Of a stretch of DNA of 64,000 nt, positions 27,719 through 35,935 are shown piece by piece. A program made the position numbers and the translations under genes. The notes under the pieces are model-generated. The model was given only the letters and a program-made list of their open reading frames with translations. It was not told where the DNA came from and did not search any database. Every line of letters begins with the position of its first letter. The first letter of the stretch is position 1. Source of the stretch: an uncultured Alphaproteobacteria bacterium (GTDB taxonomy: Bacteria; Pseudomonadota; Alphaproteobacteria; Rs-D84); contig CALDAH010000008.1 of the NCBI GenBank assembly GCA_937903135.1, positions 1,515-65,514 on the forward strand. Direction: 5' to 3'.

Positions 27719-27792
27719 TGGTTGGGGCGCACGGATTCGAACCATGATAAAGAGAACCAAAATCTCTTGTCCTACCATTAGACGACACCCCA
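27719..27792 (-). tRNA. tRNA-Gln (anticodon UUG)
   Basis: Hand-folded 74-nt cloverleaf: acceptor UGGGGUG/CGCCCCA (U1-A72), D stem GUCU/GGAC, anticodon stem AGAGA/UCUCU with loop UUUUGGU, T arm CAUGG-UUCGAAU-CCGUG, and an encoded CCA. Confidence 0.9.
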
Positions 27793-27893
27793 AAAACATG
27801 CAAATTATAATTAACTTTCGTACATTTGCAATAATAAAAAATTATTTAAAATTTTTTTTTAGAAAAAAAATCATAATTTTTTTAAAATAGTTC

Positions 27894-27921
27894 TTGCATT
27901 ATGTTTGTTAATTTTTATAAT
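27894..27921 (+). promoter_or_regulatory. Sigma70-like promoter for the marR-efflux operon
   Basis: TTGCAT (27894-27899), 16-nt spacer, TATAAT (27916-27921). Confidence 0.45.
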
Positions 27922-27972
27922 AATTCGCGTTTTTAATAATTTTATTCATCTTTTATAATAAAGGATAAAAAT

Positions 27973-28419
27973 ATGGCGCGCAAGGAATTTATTCGTTTAA
28001 TGGAGGAAAATATCGTCGCATTGGACCGCATGGCAACAGGGCTGCAGATGGACCCGGATAAGGTTTCAAATGTCCCGCATCAGCAACTGCGTGTGCTGGT
28101 TCGCCTGTATGGGATGCCGGCACGGTTAAAAGATATTGCCCGGCGCGAGCATATGTCAACGCCAAATTTATGTGCGATTTTTCGTAAACTTGAACGCGAT
28201 GGTTTGGTCGCGCGAACAATTGATGAATCTGATCGGCGTAACACATGGTATCGCTGTACGCCAGATGGGGATAAAATCGCCGTGGCCGCACTGAATAACT
28301 TTCGCAGTGCAATTGAAAAATTATTTTCAGGTATTTCCCCGGCAGATGAACAAAAACTTACCGGGGCATTAAAAGCATTACAAGAGGTTTTAAAAGACAT
28401 GGAGAAAAATAATGACTAA
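27973..28419 (+). CDS. MarR-family transcriptional regulator
   Basis: Winged-HTH pattern (LKDIARREHMSTPNLCAIFRKLERDGLVARTIDESDRRN); 148 aa; heads the efflux operon. Confidence 0.8.
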   Translation: MARKEFIRLMEENIVALDRMATGLQMDPDKVSNVPHQQLRVLVRLYGMPARLKDIARREHMSTPNLCAIFRKLERDGLVARTIDESDRRNTWYRCTPDGDKIAVAALNNFRSAIEKLFSGISPADEQKLTGALKALQEVLKDMEKNND

Positions 28420-29743
28420 GACGGGTATAACAGCGGTCATTTGTGCTGCGTTCGCATCTGTATTTTCGGCCGGGGCATCAGCGATGGATTTATCATTGAA
28501 CGCGGCGGTGGAAAAGATTGTTGCAGAATCACAAGATGTAAAAAAGGCCGATGCAAATATTAAAAAAGCACAGGCTCAGCTGGATGCGGCAAATGCCAAT
28601 CGTTGGTTTAAAGTTGATGGGACGGCGACATATATGAATATGGTAAATGTTGAAAACCCATCTAAATCAAATGGTGTGGATTTACCGCCCGCGTTCGGTG
28701 GAATGATTTCAGAGTCATTAAAAAATCAATCTGTTTATATTGAAATCCCCGATAATATGTTCATGGTTGGCATCAGCGCGTCCCAGCCGATCTATACATT
28801 CGGAAAAATCGGTAATGCGGTTAAAAGTGTTAAATCTGCGATTAAGATGTCCCAGGCCAGCCGCGAGCTGACACTGCGCGAGGTACGTTATAGCGCGGCG
28901 GATATTTACTGGACCGCAAAAATGACAGATAGTATTGTTAAAATCGCCGATGCGGATTTAAAATCGGCCCAGAGTGCGCGACGTAATCTGGCCGCGGCCG
29001 GTCGGGCAAATCGCAGTAACCTGGTTAAGATTGAATCTGATATCGCGGCAAAGGAGATAAATCTCTCCGATGCAAAATTCAATCGTGATACGGCGTATCG
29101 TATGTTGAAAATTTTGGCCGGGATTGATATGGACGAAGAAGTTGTTTTAACAGACGAGTTCCCGGCGCAGTTCAACGCAATCGCCACGAAAGAGTTAAAG
29201 CAGACACCGGAATGGGAAATTTTAACCGAGCAGGTAAATATGTACGAATCCAAGGCGCGTGCGTCACGTGCAGAATATCTGCCGACATTGGCCGCGACTG
29301 CATCGTATAACTATTTCGCGATGGGGCCAGAGTTTGATCAGATGTTTGATAAAAAAGGATCGCAGTCTGCAAATTGGGGAATCGCGCTGAAGATGCCGAT
29401 ATTTAGCGGTGGTGCAATTCGTGCCAATGCGACCATGGATGCAATGCAGGCCGAGGCTGCCCGAGAGGATTTAGATAAATCTAAAAAAATCAAATCCGAG
29501 GAATATGACAACGCGATAAAAAAGTATAATCATTTACGCGATAATATGGCAACGCTGCAAAATGCACGTAATCTGGCCGCCAAGGCATATAAGTTTTCCC
29601 AGGATAGATTTGCCGCCGGGCAAACGTCTGCGATTGAACTGGCCGAGGTATCGGCGGGGCTTTATCAGCTGGATATGGCGTTATTAAATGCAAAATATAA
29701 TATTTTAATGTCAGCAGAATCTGTTAAGAAATTAGGTGAATAA
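28412..29743 (+). CDS. TolC-like outer-membrane efflux protein
   Basis: Signal peptide, two-repeat coiled-coil/beta architecture and motifs such as PIYTFGKI and PIFSGGAIRAN. Overlaps marR by 8 nt. Confidence 0.8.
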   Translation: MTKTGITAVICAAFASVFSAGASAMDLSLNAAVEKIVAESQDVKKADANIKKAQAQLDAANANRWFKVDGTATYMNMVNVENPSKSNGVDLPPAFGGMISESLKNQSVYIEIPDNMFMVGISASQPIYTFGKIGNAVKSVKSAIKMSQASRELTLREVRYSAADIYWTAKMTDSIVKIADADLKSAQSARRNLAAAGRANRSNLVKIESDIAAKEINLSDAKFNRDTAYRMLKILAGIDMDEEVVLTDEFPAQFNAIATKELKQTPEWEILTEQVNMYESKARASRAEYLPTLAATASYNYFAMGPEFDQMFDKKGSQSANWGIALKMPIFSGGAIRANATMDAMQAEAAREDLDKSKKIKSEEYDNAIKKYNHLRDNMATLQNARNLAAKAYKFSQDRFAAGQTSAIELAEVSAGLYQLDMALLNAKYNILMSAESVKKLGE

Positions 29744-29744
29744 A

Positions 29745-30365
29745 ATGGAAAAAATTAAGCAGAATTTAAAGAAGTGCAAAGCATGGATGCAGACGCCACG
29801 TGTAAAAAAAATGTTTTATTTAGCAATTGTCGTGGTTATCGCAGCCTGGGTGGTTTTTCGTTTAGCTGTTGTCGCGGCGCAAAACAGATTAGAGATATAT
29901 AACCCGGCACGCGCCGCACTTAGCGATGGGGTGCCGGTGGAAGTTATTGTTGCCCAAAAACGCAGCGGCGTATTACGCGAACCGATTACTGTAAAAAATA
30001 ATCGGGCGTTTATATCCGGGGCGCGCGTCGGCCTATTGCGGCCCGGGCAAAAGATTGGCGATGGTAAAATCGTTAGTGTATCCGGCGGAATTGATTTAGA
30101 TACCGGTATGCATGCCGTGCGTACACAGGGCGTATCGGATGGTTTGCATTATGCAGAATTTAACACCCACGGGTATTTCGTCCCATTATATGCGATTAAT
30201 AACGGGGTATTATTTGTCGCCGAAAACGGCATTGCCGTCCCGCGAAAGGTTAAGATTGAACGCACTGATGCGGATACGGCATATATTACATCAGGGATCG
30301 CCGACGGGGATGTTATTATATTATCCAATGTTCGCGACGGTAATAAGGTTCGGATAAAAAAATAA
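29745..30365 (+). CDS. Short periplasmic adaptor (membrane-fusion-like) protein
   Basis: N-terminal TM anchor and beta-rich body, located between the OMF and RND genes. At about 206 aa there is no room for an alpha-hairpin. AGGTGA RBS precedes ATG 29745. Confidence 0.55.
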   Translation: MEKIKQNLKKCKAWMQTPRVKKMFYLAIVVVIAAWVVFRLAVVAAQNRLEIYNPARAALSDGVPVEVIVAQKRSGVLREPITVKNNRAFISGARVGLLRPGQKIGDGKIVSVSGGIDLDTGMHAVRTQGVSDGLHYAEFNTHGYFVPLYAINNGVLFVAENGIAVPRKVKIERTDADTAYITSGIADGDVIILSNVRDGNKVRIKK

Positions 30366-30396
30366 TAACGCAGAGAGATTATAAGAGGTATAGGAT

Positions 30397-33300
30397 ATGT
30401 TAAACTTTTTCGTAAAAAGGCCGATAACAACATTAATGTTTGTTTTATTCTGGGTGGTACTGGGTCTGGTATCGTTCCCTAAGATGAATATTGAACGTAC
30501 ACCGTCGTTGGATTTCCCGATGGTAACCGCAACATTCGTTTACCCCGGCGCCGCCCCGGCCGAGATTGAATCACAGGTAATTAAAAAGGCCGAGGATGCA
30601 ATGTCCGAGGTCGCGGGACTGAAAAAACTGACCTCGCGTGCGTTTGAAAACGGCGGTTATGTTATGGCGGAATTTAACCTGGGCGTAAATGTTAACGACA
30701 AAGCGTCCGAGGTTAAAACCAAGATTGACGCATTGGCGTCTGAATTCCCGGATGCATTAAAACAGCCGGTTGTTGAAAAATTAAACCCGCTGCAGGAATC
30801 GGTCGTAGATATTGTATTACGTGGTGCATCCGCCCGCGATATGGAAGAATATGTTGATAACATTCTGTCTAATAAAATAACCGCAATAAACGGCGTGGCA
30901 AGTGTATCGGTATTCGGCGGTCGTGAACGCGCGGTTCGCATTCAGATGGATCCGGATTTAATGGCGTCCCACGGCGTTACAATTGTTGATATTGTAAATG
31001 CACTCGGGAATAAGAATCTAAACGTGCCGGGGGGTAAAATTGAATCCGGAATTAACGGGTCAAACGTCCGCTTTATCGGTGAATTCGCATCTGTTGATGA
31101 TATTAAAAATCTGCAGGTCGTAACGATGGAAGGCCAGCGTTTTAAAATATCGGATATCGCAACCGTTAGTGACGCGGCCCGTGATGTTGAAACCGGGGCA
31201 CGTCATAATGGTGAAAACGTCGTTGTCGCATCTGTTGTAAAGGCAAATGATGGTAACGCGATAAAAATATCTGATGCATTACGTAAAAAATTACCCGAAC
31301 TGTCGGCCGATATGCAATCGCGTTTCCCCGGGGCCGAGATGAAGATTGTATCTGATTCATCTATATCAATTGCGGACGAAACATACAGCACTATATGGGG
31401 TATCGTTCTGGGGATTATATTTACTGTAATTGTATTGTTGGTATTTACGCGTAACTGGCGGTCAACAATTATTGCCGGTGTTGTAATTCCCGCGTCATTA
31501 ATTGCCGGATTCTTTTTCATGGACGGATCTGGATTTACGATTAACGCGATGACACTGTTGGCGTATTCATCTGCACTTGGGACGCTGGTATCAAACGCAA
31601 TTATTCTGATTGAATCCGCGCTGCAGGAAATGCGCGCCGGTAAAAACGCCACAGACGCCGCAATTGACGGTACGAAAAAAGTCGCCGTATCAGTATTGGC
31701 CGGCGTTGGGACGAATGTTGTTGTGTTCTTGCCGTTGGCGTTTATGGGCGGGATCGTCGGACAGTTTATGATTCAATTCGGTATGACGGTTGTTTATTTA
31801 ACACTTCTGTCGTTATTGTTCTCGTTTACGTTAACGCCGATGATGATTGCGCAATTCCTGCGTTTGTCGTCGGATGAAAAACGTGATGTTAAAAAAGAAG
31901 TAAAAAAGCAGCAGCCCGATGCAGAAAAACATCCGAACCTGCGCTATTGGTTTAATTATCAATACGCACATCCGGGTCGCGTATTTGCAATGGCATTGGT
32001 TGCGCTGGTCGCGTCATCAATGCTAATGAAGTTCGTCGGAAATGAATTTTCCCCGACGACCGATACGAACGAGATAACCGTAACCGCCCGTGCACCAATG
32101 GGGGCAACCTTTGAAAAATCCGAGGCCATCGCCCAGGAAATTGAAAATAAACTGCGCGATTTCCCGGATGTTACATCCACAACGGTTAAAATCGGTGAAA
32201 ACGGATTGCAAAATATCACGGTAAAGGTTGATCTGCGTGAACTGGGCCAGCGTCGTATATCCGATAAGAAGCTCGCACGTCAGATGCTGCCGAAATTATC
32301 CGAGATACCGGATGCAGAGATTCAGGTAAACGCAGGCCGGGGAATGTCCGCGTCCAGCACATCGGATATGGTTTTAAATATATATGGCGAAGATGATGCA
32401 ATTCGCAACAAATACGCCGAGCAGATTCTGGATATGATTAATAATATCCCAGAGGTTTCAACGGCGGTATTTGCCCAGCAGATTCCGAATAATGAAATTC
32501 AGTTTATCCCTGATGAAAATAAAATGAATTTCTGGGGTGTTCAAAATGCATATGCCGGGGCAACACTTCGTGCGGCACTGTTTGGAAACGATGATTATAA
32601 ATACAAAGAACAAGGCGAGGAATACCCGATTATTTTGGAATTTGCAAAACCATTTAAAACAGGTGCACTGTTTGATAATGTATATCTAAATTCCCAAAAA
32701 GGTATGGTCGCGCTGTCAGAGCTGGGGCGGATTGATACCGTTCCCGCGACGTCCGAGATTCGTCGCCTGGACAAAAGCCGTATTACCGAGATTGATATCA
32801 ATATCGGGAAATCCACCATGGGACCGGTTCAGGCCAAAATTGAATCTGCCATGGCGACCATAGACTGGCAGCCGGGATATTACGCAGAATTTGGCGGTAT
32901 GTCCGAAATCCAAGGGGAAACGACCGGGGAAATCGGAACGGCATTCTTGCTCGCGACGGTTCTGACGTTTATGTTACTGGCCGCGATTATGAATTCACTC
33001 GGGCATCCGTTAACAATCGCGACATCTATTCTAACCAGCTTTGCGGGGGTATTTGTAATGCTATTCCTATCCGGGGCATCAATGAATGTCGGGGCGATGT
33101 TGGCGTTCGTTATGCTTGTGGGCTTGGTTGTAAATAATAATATCTTGGTTCTTGAACCTACAATTAATCGCATTCGCGGCGGTGAAAAACCTGTGGATGC
33201 AATATGGACTGAATTAATGGATAAAAAGTCTATGATATTAATGACGTCTATTGCGGTTATTACGGGGATGCTGCCGCAGTTATGGGCAGCCGACGGGATG

Positions 33301-33426
33301 AAGGTTGCAATGGCCGCAGTTATGATTGGCGGTATGGCGGCAAGTTTAGTATTTACGTTTACATTAACGCCGGCATTGTTCTTCTTGATGGAAGGGATGC
33401 GCGGGAAACTAAAACGCAAAAAATAA
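30397..33426 (+). CDS. RND-family efflux transporter (AcrB/HAE1-like)
   Basis: 1009 aa with the 12-TM layout and two large periplasmic loops. The N-terminus MLNFFVKRPITTLMFVL is typical of AcrB-like pumps. Confidence 0.9.
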   Translation: MLNFFVKRPITTLMFVLFWVVLGLVSFPKMNIERTPSLDFPMVTATFVYPGAAPAEIESQVIKKAEDAMSEVAGLKKLTSRAFENGGYVMAEFNLGVNVNDKASEVKTKIDALASEFPDALKQPVVEKLNPLQESVVDIVLRGASARDMEEYVDNILSNKITAINGVASVSVFGGRERAVRIQMDPDLMASHGVTIVDIVNALGNKNLNVPGGKIESGINGSNVRFIGEFASVDDIKNLQVVTMEGQRFKISDIATVSDAARDVETGARHNGENVVVASVVKANDGNAIKISDALRKKLPELSADMQSRFPGAEMKIVSDSSISIADETYSTIWGIVLGIIFTVIVLLVFTRNWRSTIIAGVVIPASLIAGFFFMDGSGFTINAMTLLAYSSALGTLVSNAIILIESALQEMRAGKNATDAAIDGTKKVAVSVLAGVGTNVVVFLPLAFMGGIVGQFMIQFGMTVVYLTLLSLLFSFTLTPMMIAQFLRLSSDEKRDVKKEVKKQQPDAEKHPNLRYWFNYQYAHPGRVFAMALVALVASSMLMKFVGNEFSPTTDTNEITVTARAPMGATFEKSEAIAQEIENKLRDFPDVTSTTVKIGENGLQNITVKVDLRELGQRRISDKKLARQMLPKLSEIPDAEIQVNAGRGMSASSTSDMVLNIYGEDDAIRNKYAEQILDMINNIPEVSTAVFAQQIPNNEIQFIPDENKMNFWGVQNAYAGATLRAALFGNDDYKYKEQGEEYPIILEFAKPFKTGALFDNVYLNSQKGMVALSELGRIDTVPATSEIRRLDKSRITEIDINIGKSTMGPVQAKIESAMATIDWQPGYYAEFGGMSEIQGETTGEIGTAFLLATVLTFMLLAAIMNSLGHPLTIATSILTSFAGVFVMLFLSGASMNVGAMLAFVMLVGLVVNNNILVLEPTINRIRGGEKPVDAIWTELMDKKSMILMTSIAVITGMLPQLWAADGMKVAMAAVMIGGMAASLVFTFTLTPALFFLMEGMRGKLKRKK

Positions 33427-33430
33427 AAAA

Positions 33431-33456
33431 ACGGGGCATGTCCCCGTTTTATTTTG
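33431..33456 (+). terminator. Rho-independent terminator after the RND gene
   Basis: ACGGGG-CATGT-CCCCGT followed by TTTTATTTT. Confidence 0.6.
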
Positions 33457-33472
33457 CCCGATAATATTAAAT

Positions 33473-33501
33473 TTGCGATATCTATAAAACATTGCTATAA
33501 T
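33473..33501 (+). promoter_or_regulatory. Sigma70-like promoter for the HAD gene
   Basis: TTGCGA, 17-nt spacer, TATAAT. Confidence 0.5.
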
Positions 33502-33542
33502 GCCGAACGGTAAACATAAAAGTAAATGTAAGGATATAAATA

Positions 33543-34148
33543 ATGTTAAAAAAAGTAGATGTGGTTGTTTTTGACTTTGACGGAACACTATCATGTGGGG
33601 ATGCAAATATTGAATTTGCAAAATATTGCTTTCGCCGCAGTATTCGTCCATGGCTATATCTGCCGTTAATGGCCGTCGCATCGGTCGGAAAATTCTTAAA
33701 CCCGGGCGGGCTATGGTGGCGTGAAAATATGCGTCGTTTTTTAACAGAATCTATGGTAAAAAAATTCGCCCCGGGATTTATTAAGCAACACCGTCGCGAA
33801 CGATTTGGCTGGGCCAAAGATCAGGTTATCGCCGAACGTAATGCCGGTCGTCGCGTCGTTCTGATATCCGCGTCGCCGGATTACCTGTTGCCGGCATTGG
33901 TTCGTGATATAAAATTTGATGCCGTAATATGCTCGCAAATGGATAAACGGCGTCCGTGGAAATATAAATTTTTATGCTGGGGCGCAAACAAAGTCTATGC
34001 GATGGATGAATGGGCGGCAAATAATAAATATATCCCGCGCGTTATTCGTTCATATTCAGATTCTGCATCCGATATGCCGTTAATGGAAATTGCCGCCGAA
34101 GAGGTATGGGTGGATCGTAAAACGGGACTAAGAAAACGTTCCAAATGA
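33543..34148 (+). CDS. HAD-superfamily (subfamily IB-like) hydrolase
   Basis: Motif I VVVFDFDGTL, then VLISASP, and C-terminal YSDSASDMPL. Confidence 0.7.
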   Translation: MLKKVDVVVFDFDGTLSCGDANIEFAKYCFRRSIRPWLYLPLMAVASVGKFLNPGGLWWRENMRRFLTESMVKKFAPGFIKQHRRERFGWAKDQVIAERNAGRRVVLISASPDYLLPALVRDIKFDAVICSQMDKRRPWKYKFLCWGANKVYAMDEWAANNKYIPRVIRSYSDSASDMPLMEIAAEEVWVDRKTGLRKRSK

Positions 34149-34179
34149 CATTAAATATCATCTGCGCTATAATCATTGC

Positions 34180-34440
34180 ATGGTATTAACAGATGTATTA
34201 TATGATGTTGTAAGTGGTGTCCTCGGGACATTATTCGGTGTGGTCGTAACGATGCTGGCAACGCGGCGTCGCAGTCGCCAGATGAACGAGTTACTGACCT
34301 CTAACCGGGCCAAGTTGGATTCTATGGCACAGGAAAACGACCGGTTACTGGCCGCGCTTCGTGACAAAGAAAACCGGATATTAGAACTGGAACGTCAGAT
34401 ATTGACCCAAAAGTCTCCATCAAAAAAGCGGGGTAAATAA
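34180..34440 (+). CDS. Small membrane-anchored coiled-coil protein
   Basis: One N-terminal TM helix (VLGTLFGVVVTMLA) followed by a heptad-like segment; the start codon is uncertain. Confidence 0.35.
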   Translation: MVLTDVLYDVVSGVLGTLFGVVVTMLATRRRSRQMNELLTSNRAKLDSMAQENDRLLAALRDKENRILELERQILTQKSPSKKRGK

Positions 34441-34482
34441 AATTCCCCGCATTTATTATTAAATAATCTTTAAATAAAATAC

Positions 34483-34511
34483 TTGCGAATTTATTTTTGG
34501 TAAACTATACT
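34483..34511 (+). promoter_or_regulatory. Sigma70-like promoter for tRNA-Ser
   Basis: TTGCGA, 17-nt spacer, TATACT, about 30 nt upstream of the tRNA 5' end. Confidence 0.45.
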
Positions 34512-34540
34512 ACGCGCGTTACTTAATTATAAAGAGTTTC

Positions 34541-34630
34541 GGATGGGTGGCAGAGCGGTCGAATGCGGCGGTCTTGAAAACCGTTGAGGGCGCAAGTCCT
34601 CCGGGGGTTCGAATCCCTCCCCATCCGCCA
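34541..34630 (+). tRNA. tRNA-Ser (anticodon UGA)
   Basis: 90 nt: acceptor GGAUGGG/CCCAUCC, anticodon loop CUUGAAA, long variable arm, T loop GGUUCGAAUCC, and an encoded CCA. Confidence 0.9.
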
Positions 34631-34637
34631 GTGATAA

Positions 34638-34657
34638 GTATAAGTTCAAACTTATAC
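34638..34657. repeat. Perfect 9-bp-arm palindrome directly 3' of tRNA-Ser
   Basis: GTATAAGTT-CA-AACTTATAC. Confidence 0.8.
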
Positions 34658-34673
34658 GAAATTTATACCAAAA

Positions 34674-34700
34674 ATCCCCGCGTTCCGCGGGGATTTTGTT
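34674..34700 (+). terminator. Rho-independent terminator after tRNA-Ser
   Basis: ATCCCCGCG-TTC-CGCGGGGAT followed by TTTGTT. Confidence 0.65.
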
Positions 34701-34784
34701 ATTGTAGTGACTCCGATAAGCCCGCCATTGCAGCCCAATCCGCCGCATTTATCGGATAACTATATCTTGGCCAATTTCGCAAAG

Positions 34785-35069
34785 TCAGTGTTTTTTGCCA
34801 TTGAAACTATAATCTGTGCCATATCTTGCAGCGTCTTGTTTATGTGCTTCCCAATGGGCTTGCTGGTTTGCAAATACGTGCAGATTAGATGGATTATTAT
34901 TCTGCTTATTGCGGTCTATATGGTGTACAACTTCCCCGGGTCGTAATGGTCTACCAAGCTTAACTTCTGCAATATGCCGATGTACAAGTATTCCGCTGTC
35001 TTTATAGGTTCTATATCCGTTACGATTTACATATGTTTTTGCATTACGTGATGAAAATTTATTTCTCAT
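34785..35069 (-). CDS. HNH endonuclease
   Basis: HRHIAEVKLGRPL..EVVHHIDRNKQNNNPSNLHVF..QQAH (H-N-H pattern); 94 aa. Confidence 0.8.
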   Translation of the reverse strand: MRNKFSSRNAKTYVNRNGYRTYKDSGILVHRHIAEVKLGRPLRPGEVVHHIDRNKQNNNPSNLHVFANQQAHWEAHKQDAARYGTDYSFNGKKH

Positions 35070-35736
35070 TTTCTACCTCCTGATTATCCATCATTTCAGC
35101 AGGTATAAGGTCTAATAAATTACCATTGCAATCGGGATAGTGTTTACACATAATTTCTTTAAAATCATCTTCTACGCCACCATTGAATTCAGCTTTTACT
35201 CTGCGTACTTTTACATCTCCAAACTTAAAACGTTGGCCGCAATGTAAACATTCTACAATCGTATCAGCAGGAAATCCCATTCCATTTGCATAGCATTCAT
35301 CAATGCCATCCTGCCACTCTTTACCAGATAGTTCTTCATGATATTTAGCGTCACTATTCTGTTCAGAATGATTGAAAAATGTTACTTCGCGACCATCCTC
35401 GGTAAAGTTGTGAGACACAAAACTTGTAGAACCATATTCATTACTTTCATGATTTTCTAATATTTGTCGTGCTTGTGTTTGTTCTGCGTCTGGGGCTTTT
35501 ATTAAATCATCCCATTTATTAAAACCGACCAGTTGTGCAATAAGATGTTGAGCATTCCCCAGAGAAAATTCAAACTTTGGATCATCGTCCATAATGCCAT
35601 ATTCAAGGAATATGCCAACAATATCAAAAAATTTAGGTTCGTATTCGTAAATATCGCCTTGTTCTGATAAATGGCGTGTTTTGTAGTCTTTTAACAGGTT
35701 TTTGGCTTGCAGTTTAAAATATTCAATGTTTGTCAT
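35059..35736 (-). CDS. Hypothetical protein with C-terminal zinc-ribbon-like Cys cluster
   Basis: CLHCGQ...CKHYPDCNG. Overlaps the HNH gene start by 11 nt. Confidence 0.5.
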   Translation of the reverse strand: MTNIEYFKLQAKNLLKDYKTRHLSEQGDIYEYEPKFFDIVGIFLEYGIMDDDPKFEFSLGNAQHLIAQLVGFNKWDDLIKAPDAEQTQARQILENHESNEYGSTSFVSHNFTEDGREVTFFNHSEQNSDAKYHEELSGKEWQDGIDECYANGMGFPADTIVECLHCGQRFKFGDVKVRRVKAEFNGGVEDDFKEIMCKHYPDCNGNLLDLIPAEMMDNQEVENEK

Positions 35737-35935
35737 TTTAATATACTCCTTTGTTGCGCAAAATGCGCTTTGCCCAAGTTTATTATCTAAATGAAGAAAT
35801 GCGTTCGTAGTCTATTGGCTTAGATAACAAGCTCGGAGGATTATATTATCTAATTGTTGGATGATGAGATCTTTACACGAACGGGCTAGCTTTCCAACAA
35901 GCATACTTATAGTATAATATAATTTGTGACAAAAA

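Noticed and set aside
27699-27890. 63-aa ORF overlapping tRNA-Gln; also the 70-aa and 73-aa ORFs overlapping tRNA-Ser (34527-34759)
   Set aside because: They are fully explained by the tRNA genes and AT-rich spacer, so they are spurious.
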